Source: an uncultured Planctomycetaceae bacterium
GTDB taxonomy: Bacteria; Planctomycetota; Planctomycetia; Pirellulales; Thermoguttaceae
DNA: 64,000 nt
Reading direction: 5' to 3'
Assembly (NCBI GenBank): GCA_963768195.1
Contig: CAVYHA010000001.1
Coordinates: forward strand, 321,338-385,337
Every line of letters begins with the position of its first letter. Positions within the stretch are counted from its first letter, which is position 1. The notes below the pieces were generated by a model that saw only the letters and a list, made by a program, of their open reading frames with translations, searched no databases and was not told where the DNA came from. Positions 1-10,491 of this stretch are shown piece by piece. The translations under genes were made by a program, and so were the position numbers.

Positions 1-1177
1 TGACGGCCCACGCGATGAAGGGCGACCGGGAGCGGTGCCTGGCGGCGGGAATGGATGCCTACCTGTCCAAGCCCATTGACGGCCATGAAATGATCGCGCT
101 GGTGGAGACCCTGGCTGGCGGTTCGCCCTCGGGACAGCCGCCGTACCACGCTCATCGCCACAAGCCGCAGGACTGTCTCCTTGGCCGGCCCCGTCTTGGA
201 TCTGAGTTGGCCCTGAAGCGCCGCAAGGCAGAGGAGCGTTTGCACCTGGGTAAGGCCCGACCTGCTTTGGCCGTGTCCGAAACGGACGCTCGCGCCCTGG
301 TCCACGAGTTGCAGGTGCATCAGATCGAATTGGAGATGCAGAACGAGGAACTCCAGCGCGCCCAGGCAGCGGCCGAGGAGGCGTCGGAGAGGTACAGCGA
401 CCTGTTCGATTTCGCCCCGGTTGCGTATTTCCTGTGGGACCAGCAGGGGCGGATTCTGGAGGTCAACCTGGCCGGGGCCGCCCTGCTGGGACTGGACCGC
501 GACGCCGTGGTCCACAAGCGTTTCGGCCAATTCGTGGCGCGTGGAACACCGCGCCGCGTTTGCCGATTTCTGCGCACGGGTGCTGGCGACCGACACCAAG
601 CAGACCTGCGAGGTCAAGATTCTGAAGGACGGGCAGGCGGTCGATGCGCTGGTCGAGGGCATCGCCACCCAGGACCGCCAGGGGCAAGAGAGACTCTGCC
701 GTGCGGCGGTCATCGACATCAGCCGGCAGAAGCGCGCCGACGAGTTGGCGGTGGCTGAGCGCCGGCGCGGCCGCGACCACTTCGAGCCCGACAGAACCCG
801 CAAGCTCTGCGACCGCTGCTGTCTTCGATCCCGAGTTGGCGCTGAAGCAGTGCCTCAACAAGCCGGACATGCTCCAGGAAATGATCGGGTTCTTCTTCAA
901 GGACGTGGACAACTTGCTCCCGCAAATACGTGCCGCCTTGGAGAGGGGCGACCTGGCGGAAGTCGGGCGGCTGGGGCACCGGCTCAAGGGAACCATCGGC
1001 CACGTCGGCGCCGAGGCGGCAAGGCAAGCCGCGTTGCGCGTGGAGCGATTGATGCTACATGCGGGCGAACAGCCCGACGCCGAGGAGGCGGTCAAGGCCT
1101 TGGAGCGGGAGTGCGAGGTCTTGAAACAGGTCTTGTCAGCATACCAGTCGGCAGCGTCTCCGCCGGAGAGCACTTAG
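1..1177 (+). CDS. Hybrid two-component signalling protein, 3' portion (end of receiver domain, coiled coil, PAS, C-terminal HPt). The 5' end lies outside the window and the frame is broken about twice.
   Basis: Frame 3 reads MKGDRERCLAAGMDAYLSKPI (end of a receiver domain). It continues with [23 protein letters not shown] and the PAS segment [31 protein letters not shown]. Reading continues in frame 1 from ~540 (TDTKQTCEVKILKDGQAVDALVEGIA) and in frame 2 from ~770, with HPt-like EVGRLGHRLKGTIGHVGA. Stop at 1175-1177. Confidence 0.7.
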
Positions 1178-1197
1178 GCCGATAAAAGAGTGAAACC

Positions 1198-3060
1198 ATG
1201 ATGAAGAAGCCGGAAGAGACGGGTCTCGGTCGGCGGACCGCGGCCGATCTTCGCCGCAAGGCGGAAGAGCGGGTGCGTGGGAAGGCCAAGTCGGCTGAAG
1301 GCCTGACGGAAGCGGACGTTCGCGCGAGCTGGTCCACGAGTTGCAGGTGCATCAGATTGAACTGGAGATGCAGAACGAGGAACTGCTTCGCCCAGGCGGC
1401 GTTGCAGGAGGTGTCCGACAACTACCGGGACCTGTTCGATTTCGCCCCGGTAGGCTATTTCCGTTTGGACGAGCAGGGCCGTATCCTTGAGGTCAACCTG
1501 GCCGGGGCATCGCTGCTGGGGCTGGAACGGAGCACGGCGCTCGGGCAGCCGGTCGCACAGTACGTAGCGATCCCGTCGTACGCCCCGTTTGCCGAGTTCT
1601 TCGCCGACATGTTGCGGGCCGATGGCAAGCAGACCCGTGAGATCGAACTCCAAAGAGGTGGGCATCGCGTCTGCACGCTGCTGGAGGGCATCCGCGCGGC
1701 GGATGCTGCGGGAAATCGAACCTTCTGCGTCACCGCCACCGACATCACCGAGCGCAAGCGGCTAGGGCAAACTATCAAAGATCACGAGGAGGAGTTGCTG
1801 GCGATTTACGAGAACGCACCGATCATCATGCTGTTGGTGGACGACCAGCACCGTGTCTGCAAAGTGAACCAGTTTGCCAAGCAGTTCACCGGCGCCTCCG
1901 ATGCCGAGTTGATCGGCCGGCGCGGTGGTGAAGCCTTACGCTGCGCATGCGCCGGATGACCCCCGCGGCTGCGGCTTCGGACGGAATTGTGAAAACTGCC
2001 CGGTGCGCCGCACTGTCGTGCAGACCTTTGAAACCGGTCGCAGCCATCACCAGGTGGAAGCGACCCTGCCGTTCTTCATTCAAGGAGAAACACAGGACCT
2101 CACGTTCCTGCTCTCCACCGCCCGATTCGACGTCCGCGGAGAACCCCAGGTGTTGGTTACGATTCAGGACATCACCGCCCGCAAGCGGGCCGAAGAGGCC
2201 CTACAACAGACCAACGCCGAGATTGGCCCGATCGAACAAAGACCTGGAGCAGTTTGCCGCCGTGGCATCGCACGACCTCCAGGAGCCGCTGCGCACGGTG
2301 AGCGGCTTCATGCGACTGCTTCAGAAGAAGTATGCGAATCAACTGGACGCGGAGGCCGACACCTTCATCGAGTACGCCGTAGACGGCACCAAACGGATGG
2401 AGACATTGATCAAGGACCTGCTGGCTTACGCGCGGGTCGGCACTCGCGGCGGGGAGCTGGTCCCGGTCGATGTCGGCGCGGCGCATCCAGCAGGTCCTCG
2501 ACAACCTCTACGAGAGCATCCAAGAAGCGGGAGCCGAAATCACGCATGGTGAATTGCCGACCGTCCGGGCCGACGCGTCGCAACTGGCCCAACTGCTTCA
2601 GAACCTGCTGGGCAACGCGCTGAAGTTCCGCGGCGAAGCGCCGCCGAAGATTCACGTGGACGCCCGCCGTGAGGAAGATTGTTGGCGATTTTCGGTGTCC
2701 GACAACGGCATCGGCATCGACGCCCAGTTCCAGGATGCAATCTTCGAGATATTCCGACGCCTTCACACCCGCAAGCAGTACACAGGCACGGGCATCGGCC
2801 TGGCGATCTGCAAGAAAATCGTAGACCGTCACGGCGGACGAGTCTGGGTGGAATCGCAACCGGGCGAGGGCTCGACCTTCTTCTTCACGCTGCCGCCGGC
2901 TCCCACGCGGGACGGCCATGTCGGCGACCACGCAGCGGCGAAGCCCGCCGCGCAGGTCGCGCAAGTGATCGTCCATCGCGGTTTGACGCCATGCCCACGG
3001 GGCAGCGAAGCCAGGAGAGGTCCCGTGAAAATCCTCTTGCCGCTCCCGCGGCCCGGATAG
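1198..3060 (+). CDS. PAS sensor histidine kinase (coiled coil, two PAS, HisKA, HATPase_c); frame broken at least 4 times
   Basis: ATG at 1198. PAS segments [31 protein letters not shown] and [24 protein letters not shown]-box [14 protein letters not shown] in the 1947..2552 frame. ATPase boxes [14 protein letters not shown] and [24 protein letters not shown] in the 2470..3060 frame. Confidence 0.8.
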
Positions 3061-3083
3061 GCGAGCTATCGGGGCCAGCCGAA

Positions 3084-4206
3084 CTACTGACTGAGACTCT
3101 CCTTCATGCTTCCCGCCAGTGCCGGCAGCCACGTGCAGAGGTAGTAGGCCCGCGGCGAGGTCGCATCCAGCAAGGCGGCCAGATCGACCGACGACGGCGC
3201 ATGACTTTGGCCGAAAAGGAAGTCCGAGAGCCGCGGCTCCGACTTGTACTTCACCACCTTGACGTTCTCCTTGTCGAGCCCCGCCAGGCTGATCGCCCGA
3301 TCAATGGCGTCCTCGATGAACCCGATCTTATCGACCAGCCCATTCTCGAAGGCCTGAGCGGCGGTGAAGACCTGGCCGGTGGCCAGCTTGTCGAGCGCGG
3401 CGGGGTCCTCGCGGAACTTCTTTCGGCCCTCCTTGATGGCGTCCTTGAACTGCGGTAAAACCCTGGTCCACCAATTCCTGGAAGATTTTTCTTTCCTCGT
3501 CGGTCATTTTGCGGGTGATAGCGCCCATGGTCTTCAGGCGGATGGCTGGCGACGGCGTCTTCCTGGACGCCCCATTTTTCCATCAGATCGGCCACGTTGA
3601 AATGCGGAATCATCACGCCGATCGAGCCGGTCCAGGTGGTGGGCTCGGCGTAGATCGACTCGGGCTGGTCGCCGACGCACATCGAGACGTAATAGCCGCC
3701 GCTGGCCGCCAGCCCGCCCATGCTGACCACAATGGGAACGTTGGTCTCGGGCCGGCCGAGTTTGCGGAGATAGTGCAGCATGTAGTCGCTGCCGTTGATG
3801 GTGCCGCCGGGCGAGTTCACGCGGAGCACAATCGCCTTCAGGTTGCCATCCTCGATGTCCTTCCGGCATGATCGATCTGTTGCTTAAAAAACCCCTCGCC
3901 GCTGAGGATCGTGCCTTCGATCGAGAAGATGGCCACCTTGTCGCGGCCGTAGCGGTTATGGAGAAGAATTTCTCCTGGACCCGCGATTCCGACTCGCCGG
4001 CGCTGAGGCCGACCAACCCCACGATGACCGAACAGCAGGCACGTTGAGCGACCAGCGAGCCGATCAGGCCCAGCAGCAGCAGGGCCGAGAACAAGGCTCT
4101 CCAGCCGGACGCCTTCCGCCGCGGCGGGGGCAGGGGCAGCTCGGGAACGAGTTGGGGGAGAACGGGCGGCTGCGGCAAAGCCGGTCGGTTGGGGGGGCTG
4201 GTCCAT
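3084..4206 (-). CDS. sppA: Signal peptide peptidase SppA (36K type); at least 3 frame breaks
   Basis: Motifs LRVNSPGGTINGS, VVSMGGLAASGGYYVS and GSIGVMIPHFN. N-terminal TM segment ALFSALLLLGLIGSLV. The C-terminal part was hand-read in a third frame (FKDAIKEGRKKF...FENGLVDKIGFIEDAIDRAISLAG), ending ...MKESLSQ with a TAG whose complement is 3084-3086. Confidence 0.7.
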
Positions 4207-4425
4207 GTTCGCGTCCTTTCGGAAAATCGATGGCATCTGGGCCGTCTATTCTATCCCCGCCATCTTGGGATGCAATGCACCGGTATGCCAGGATAGCGGC
4301 CGGCTAAGCTTGTTTGCTCGGAGCGGATGCCACCGTATCAGGCAGCTAAGGGTGTTGCCAGAAAGGGCGGGCGCAAGCACGGTAAGCTGATGCTCCAGCC
4401 ATACCTGAGACAAAGGAGTCGATCG

Positions 4426-5180
4426 GTGTTCGTTGCCGCTTCTAGCCGTTGTTTTCTCCGATCTGCCCTTGGATGCCGCCCTGCTGCAACTGGTGGAGTT
4501 GGAGTACTCGTCCGTCGAGATCATCATCCACGAGACGAGATGGGCACATAAAGCCCTCGGAGGTGCTCGGCTGATCCGGAGCGGGCGGTGGCTCCTTTGC
4601 CGCCAGACGCACCGCTTGACGCCCGTGGCCCTGAGCGTGGACATCGACGCGCCCGAGCCCGACGTATTACCAGCAGTTCGCCGCCTGCTGCCGGCTGGCG
4701 AAGGCCATCAAGGTGGTGACGATCACGGTCCGCTCGGCCGAGTTGGGCACGCCGTTCAACGCCGAGGTGGAGCGGCTGCGGACGTTGGTCGCCCTGGCAT
4801 CGCAGGACGGCGTTCGCGTGGGGCTGCTGACCGAGGTAGGCCGCATGACCGAGAACCCCGACACGGCCGTGGTGATGTGCGACAGCGTGAAAGGCCTGGG
4901 GATGACGCTCGATCCGAGCCATTACGCCTACGGCCCGCACGCCGGGGTGAACTACGACCAGGTGATGAAGCACGTCTTCCACGTGCGGCTCCGCGACACG
5001 ACGAAGGACCAATTGCAGGTCCGCGTCGGCCAGGGCGACATCGAGTACGGCCGGCTGGTCAACCAATTGCACAAGGTCCGCTACGACCGGGCGCTGTGCG
5101 TCGACATTCTCCCCACGCCCGAGGTGGATCAACTCACCGAGATGCGGAAGATGCGGCTGCTGCTGGAAAGCCTGCTGTAG
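4426..5180 (+). CDS. Sugar phosphate isomerase/epimerase (xylose isomerase-like TIM barrel); about 2 frame breaks
   Basis: AGGAG at 4414-4418, then GTG 4426 giving VFVAASSRCF, which continues after a shift as SDLPLDAALLQLVELEYSSVEI. The C-terminal 155 aa (4713..5180) read ITVRSAELGTPFNAEVERL...MTLDPSHYAYGP...HVRLRD...GQGDIEY, typical of this family. Confidence 0.65.
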
Positions 5181-5227
5181 GGTCGCCCCCCTTGGCGAGC
5201 CGCCGCCGGCAACGTACAACGTAGGTG

Positions 5228-5366
5228 CAGGCCGACGCTCGACGGTCTCCGATGAGAGGTCCCCGCAATGGGGGCCTGCGAACCTGGTCAGGGGCGAAAG
5301 TCAGCAGCCATAAGCGGTCACCTCCAGGTGCGGCGGGCCTCTCATCGGGGATCGTCGGAACGGCTC
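5228..5366 (+). ncRNA. ffs: Signal recognition particle RNA (small bacterial type)
   Basis: Conserved domain IV core ACCUGGUCAGGGGCGAAAGUCAGCAGCCAUAAGCGG with a GAAA tetraloop (5282-5316). Long closing helices: CCGAUGAGAGG (5250-5260) pairs with CCUCUCAUCGG (5338-5348), and CCGACG (5232-5237) pairs with CGUCGG (5353-5358). It sits directly upstream of dnaX as in many bacteria. The ends are approximate. Confidence 0.75.
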
Positions 5367-5408
5367 AGGATTCGGTTTTCAGATTAGTAATCGGAGTCTG
5401 CTCGATGC

Positions 5409-7170
5409 ATGTCGCTGACCGCCGACAAATCGTCGAACCGCCCAACTCCGCCGCGGTCGCTGCACGCGCCAGTACGTCGTCGTCGCCCGGCGCTATCGGC
5501 CGCAAACTTTCGCCGAGCTGATCGGCCAGGAGCACGTCGCCCAGGCGCTGTCGAACGCCATTTCGACCAATCGCGTCGGCCACGCCTATCTGTTCACCGG
5601 GGCCCGCGGCGTGGGCAAGACCTCGGCCGCCCGAATCCTCGCCAAGGCGCTGAATTGCGAGAAAGGGCCCGACGCCGGTCCCCTGCAACCAGTGCGACAT
5701 CTGCCAGAGCATCAGCACGGGCGAGGACGTCGACGTGCTGGAGATCGACGGCGCCAGCAACCGCGGCATCGACGAAATCCGCCAGTTGCGGCAGAACGTC
5801 AACGTGCGGCCCAGCCGGGCGCGGTTCAAGATCTACATCATCGACGAAGTCCACATGCTCACGCGCGAGGCCTTCAACGCCCTGTTGAAGACGCTGGAAG
5901 AGCCGCCGGAGCACGTCAAGTTCATCTTCTGCACGACCGAGCCGACGAAGATCCCGATCACGATCCTCTCGCGGTGCCAGCGGTTCGATTTTGCCGGCAT
6001 CCTCACCCGTTCGATCCGCGAGCGGTTGCAGCAGATCGTGGCGGCCGAAGGGGTGGAGGCCGAGCCCGAGGCGTTGGAAGTGCTGGCCCGCCGGGCGGCC
6101 GGCTCGATGCGCGACAGCCAGTCGCTGCTGGAGCAATTGCTGGCCTTTTCGCCGGGCCGGATCACCGTGGCCGACGTCCACGGCATGCTGGGCACGGCCG
6201 GGCGAAGAGCGGCTGGCGGCCTTGGTCGAGCATCTGGTCGAGCGCAATCCGGCGGCGGCGCTGGCCGAGCTCGATGCGGCGGTGACCAGCGGCGTCGACG
6301 CGGGCCAGTTGATCGAGCAACTGTTCGGCTATCTCCGCGACTGCATGGCGGCCGCCGTGGGCTGCCCCGGCGAGGCGTTTCTCTATACGTCTCCGGCCGG
6401 CGGCCGAGCAGGTGGTCGGCGGCCGGCAAGCGACTGGGGCTGGACACGTTGCTGGCGGCCATGCAGATTCTCGACCAGACCCTGTCGCGGATGCGCTACA
6501 GCACGCAAGGCCGAATCCTGGCCGAACTGGCGCTGGTGCGGATCAGCCAACTTGGAGGACCTCGACGAGCTGGCCGAGGTGATTGCCCAATTGCAGTCGG
6601 GGCCTGGGAGACGAGCCAGCGGCCAGGCGGCGCCGGCGGCGGCTGAGCCGGCCTAGACGCTGTCGCGCCGCCGGCGGCATCGGCCGCTGTGACAAGAACA
6701 GTATGAGCCAGCACGGTCCCAGCCGGCGAGCCGCCGGCAGGCGACAGTCCCGCTGCCGCTGCCGCTGACGGCGGAAAATGCCGCGGAAGTCTGGAGCCGG
6801 CCCTGTCGCGGCTGTCGGGCATGGTGGTCGAGCAGGCGCAGCAGTTCGATTCGGTGGCAGTTCCGCGCCGAACCGGCTGGTCATTCGCTTCAAGCCGGGG
6901 TATGCTTTGTGCCAAGAGTGCGTGCGAGCGGCCCGAGCAGGTCGCCCGATTTCGAGCAGGCGCTGGCCGACGTGACCGGGCAGCGGATCGGCGTAGAGTT
7001 CGCCCTGGCTACGACGACCCCGGCCGAGCGGAGCCGTCGGCTTCGGCCGAGCGGCCGTTTCGCCCCACCAGCGGCTGCTGGAAGCGGTCAGGCATCCGCT
7101 GGTCCAGCGGGCGGGCGAGTTGTTCGGCGCCCAACCGGTCCGCGTTGACGATCCATCCCGCGGAACGTGA
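5409..7170 (+). CDS. dnaX: DNA polymerase III subunit gamma/tau; at least 6 frame breaks
   Basis: [21 protein letters not shown]; Walker [25 protein letters not shown]; Zn module [10 protein letters not shown], readable only if one C of CCCC 5680-5683 is removed. Also [50 protein letters not shown] and [13 protein letters not shown]. The C-terminal region was pieced from all three frames to ...[20 protein letters not shown], with stop at 7168-7170. Confidence 0.85.
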
Positions 7171-7185
7171 CGACAAAGTGATCAC

Positions 7186-7649
7186 GTGTTCAAAGGACTT
7201 GGCAATCTGGGCTCGCTACTGAAGCAGGCCCAGCAAATCGGCGGCCAGATGGGCCAGATCACCGAGGAGATGAAGAAACGCCGCGTCACCGGCACGGCCG
7301 GCGGCGGCATGGTCGAAATCGAAGTCAACGGCCTGATGGAGGTGCTGCGCTGCCGCATCGACCCGCAGTTGTTCGCCCAGAACGACCGCGAAATGTTGGA
7401 AGACCTGATGTCGCCGCCGTCAACCAGGCGATTGCCAAAGGAAAACAGATGCATGCCGACACGGTGCGGGAACTTGACCGGCGGCCTGCCGCTGCCCGGC
7501 TTGACAACGAGGCTGGAAAGTCCGCTGGCGAAGCGGAGAACGAGCGAACGGAGGCAAGGGACGACGGAACGGGGAGAGGCGAACGCCTGGGCCAGCCGCA
7601 ATCGTCCGACAGACTGGTGCACGTGGCATACTTGACTACACTTGGATAA
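7186..7649 (+). CDS. ybaB: Nucleoid-associated protein YbaB/EbfC; frame lost near 7410, so the 3' end is uncertain (7520-7649)
   Basis: MFKGLGNLGSLLKQAQQIGGQMGQITEEMKKRRVTGTAGGGMVEIEVNGLMEVLRCRIDPQL is a typical YbaB N-terminal two-thirds. Location between dnaX and recR supports the call. Confidence 0.75.
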
Positions 7650-7674
7650 CTGACCACCGACAACTGATGCTTCT

Positions 7675-8324
7675 ATGTCCGAATTACGCAATCCGTCACC
7701 CAGCTGATCAACGAGTTTGCCAAGCTGCCCGGCATCGGCAAGAAGTCGGCCGAGCGGTTGACCTACCACGTTCTGCGCGTCCATCGCGACGAGGCCCTGG
7801 CACTGGCCGACGCGATCCGCAACGTCAAAGACAATGTCCGGTATTGCCGCAAGTGCTATAATTTGGCGGAAGGAGAAGAGTGCTCGATCTGCCGCGATCC
7901 GAGCCGGCAGCAGGACTGTTGTGCGTGGTCGAGCAGCCGCGCGACCTGATGGCGTTGGAGCAGTCGGGCGTCTATCGGGGGTTGTACCACGTGCTGTTGG
8001 GGCGGATCGCCCCGTTGGACGGAATCGGGCCGGAACAATTGACGATCGATGCGTTGGTCCAGCGGGTTCGCGAAGGAGGGATTCAAGGAAGTGATCATGG
8101 CCACCAACCCGACCATCGAAGGCGACGGCACGGCCCTGCACATTTCCAACCTGTTGGCCGGGTTCCCGGTCCGCATCACCCGGCTGGCCCGCGGAATCAC
8201 CACCGGCAGCGTGCTGGAGTTTGCCAACAAGGAGATCCTCGCCGACGCCCTGACCGGCCGGCAGAGTTTTATAGGGGAGAGAGGAGAGAGGAGAGGGGAG
8301 AGGGGAGAGAAAAAAGGGCGGTAA
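7675..8324 (+). CDS. recR: Recombination protein RecR; about 3 frame breaks and a questionable Gly/Glu/Arg tail
   Basis: HhH segment [25 protein letters not shown]4 zinc finger [20 protein letters not shown]. Toprim segments [24 protein letters not shown] and [19 protein letters not shown]-terminal [22 protein letters not shown]. Confidence 0.85.
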
Positions 8325-8370
8325 AGCGGCGTGTCGTCAACCGATCATTCAGCATTCATTAGTCTTTCCC

Positions 8371-9872
8371 ATGCGACTTTCACTCGGTCAAGATCTCCGA
8401 CTGGTTCAGAAACAGGTGCTGGCGCCGCGGATGATCCAGTCGATGGAGATTCTGCAATTGCCGATCCTGGCCTTGCAGGAGCGGATCGAGCAGGAGATGG
8501 AGGAGAACCCGGTGCTGGAGTTGCAGGAGGAGGACCCGGAGCTTCCGGCCGAGGCGGAAGAGCGCGACGCGCCGGATGCCCCGACCGAAGAGGAACGCGA
8601 GCTGGTGATCGACGAAAGCCACTCGAACGAGCAGGATTTCGAGCGGCTGATGAAGATGGACGAGGAGTATCCGGACCACTTCGAGGAGCGCTCGCACCCG
8701 TCGCGCGGCGAGATCGAAGAGGCCGGCGAGCGCAAGCTGGACGCGATGGCCAACATGGCCTCCCGGCCGCAGTCGCTGCAGGATTATCTGCACGACCAGT
8801 TGGGCTGGTTCGACCTCGAGCCGGAGCTGCGGGCGATGGCCGACCGCATCATCTATAATCTCGACCCCAACGGCTATGTTGCAAGGGCGGCTGGAGGACC
8901 TGTTGGGGCCCGAGGCGGGCGCGGAAGACCTGGCCCTGGCCCAGCGGGCGTTGGCGCTGGTGCAGAAGCTCGATCCGCCCGGCGTCGGGGCGCGCGACCT
9001 GCGCGAGTGCCTGTTGTTGCAGTTGGTGCCCGGCATGCCCTACTACGAAGCAGCTCCGCACGCTGATCGGCAGCTACCTGGAGGACCTGGAGCACAACCG
9101 GCTGCCGGTCATTTCGCGGCGGACGGGCTATTCGATCGAGCTGATCCAAAAAGTGCTGGTCGAGCTGCGGAAATTGAGCCTCAAGCCGGGCGCCGAGTTC
9201 AACGACATCGTCGTGCCGCCGGTCACGCCCGACGTGTTCGTCGAGCCCGACGAGAACGGCCAGTACCGCGTGCGGCTGGAGGACGGCCACACGCCGAGCC
9301 TGTTCATCAGCCCGTACTACCGCAAGCTTTTCCAGAACGCCGACACCAACGAAGAGACCCGCGAGTACATCAAGCGCAAGGTCAATTCGGCCCAGTGGCT
9401 GATCGACTCGATCCAGCAGCGCCGCAGCACGCTGACCAAAGTGGCCCAGGCGATCGTCGAGCACCAGAAGGAGTTTCTCGACAAGGGGCCCGAGGCGATC
9501 GAGCCGCTGAAGATGCAGCAGATCGCCGACAAGGTGGGCGTTCACGTGACCACGGTGAGCCGGGCGGTGGACGACAAATGGATCCAGACGCCGCGCGGCA
9601 TTTTCCCCTTGAAGCGGTTCTTCTGCGGCGGCACGACCAGCGCCGACGGCGAGGAAGTGGCCTGGGACACGGTCCGCCTGAAGCTCCAGGAGATCATCGA
9701 CGCCGAGGACAAACAGCATCCCCTCAGCGACGACCAGTTGGTCCAGCAACTGGCCGCCCACGGCATCACCGTCGCCCGGCGCACGGTGACCAAGTATCGC
9801 AAGGCGATGGGTGTGTTGAGCTCGCGGCAGCGGCGCGATTGGAGCGAGGGGGAGAAGGGCGGCGCCGAGTGA
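8371..9872 (+). CDS. rpoN: RNA polymerase sigma-54 factor; 2 frame breaks (~8878, ~9050)
   Basis: Region I MRLSLGQDLRLVQKQVLAPRMIQSMEILQLP, followed by an acidic region II. HTH MQQIADKVGVHVTTVSRAV. RpoN box ARRTVTKYRKAMGV. Confidence 0.9.
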
Positions 9873-9899
9873 GACGCCCCAGCGCTGGCCAGGTGCAAC

Positions 9900-10242
9900 A
9901 TGGCTGATTCTTGGCGCAGGTTGCGCGTCGGCGACCGTATACGGATTGTACGGCTCCCGAGCGATGCGGCTAAACCGGGGTACACGTTCCACCCCGAAAC
10001 ACGGCGTCTTTACAAGATGCTGATCGCGCCGGCGGCCGGTTCGTATTTCTAAAATTGATGCGCATAAATTGCCGTGGATTACCTGCCGTTTTCGTCGCAA
10101 GGACGGCTCGTGGGAGTACCACTGGCTTGCGATCAATGACGACAGCTCGGATCGGGTCGTGCGGCGCGGGGCGGCGAAGCCGCAGGAGGTTCTTAACGCC
10201 CTGCAAGCCGCCTCCTGTGCGTCCGGCACCCCTGGATCGTAA
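9900..10242 (+). CDS. Small hypothetical protein (~113 aa after one frame correction near 10030)
   Basis: ATG at 9900 gives MADSWRRLRVGDRIRIVRLPSDAAKPGYTFHPETRRLYKMLIA. Reading continues in frame 1 as RRRPVRISKIDAHKLPWITCRFRRKDGSWEYHWLAINDDSSDRVVRRG..., with TAA at 10240-10242. No recognisable family; coding is judged from composition only. Confidence 0.35.
10145..10169 (+). repeat. 25-bp direct repeat, copy 1 (GCTCGGATCGGGTCGTGCGGCGCGG)
   Basis: Identical 25-mer recurs at 11522-11546. This copy lies inside the 3' part of the small ORF 9900..10242. Confidence 0.9.
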
Positions 10243-10338
10243 GCCGTGCGATCGGCTGCCGGAACGCGGCGGGTGACGTGTTTTGGCAGACGCTCGGGGC
10301 ACACGCTGCGCCGTTCGAAACACCTGCGCAAATTTTCG

Positions 10339-10367
10339 TTGACTTCGTTGAAGTAACGGACTATATT
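10339..10367 (+). promoter_or_regulatory. Sigma-70-like promoter upstream of the PEP-CTERM gene
   Basis: TTGACT (10339-10344), a 17-nt spacer, then TATATT (10362-10367). It sits in an unusually AT-rich intergenic stretch about 125 nt upstream of ATG 10492. Confidence 0.4.
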
Positions 10368-10491
10368 GCTACTTAAACTGAGGGATTGAATCTAGCCGCT
10401 ATAAAAGGGCTAACTTCATGGTCACGCTGCTGTTCCCAAGCCGCCTGCCCCTGACCTCTGCGCTGCCGTTGTTTCAGTTGGTGGTGCTGCC

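Noticed and set aside
5409-7170. Programmed ribosomal frameshifting in dnaX, as in E. coli gamma/tau
   Set aside because: There are many breaks, in both directions, inside conserved ATPase motifs rather than at a single slippery site after domain III. No A-AAA-AAG-type heptamer with a downstream hairpin was seen.
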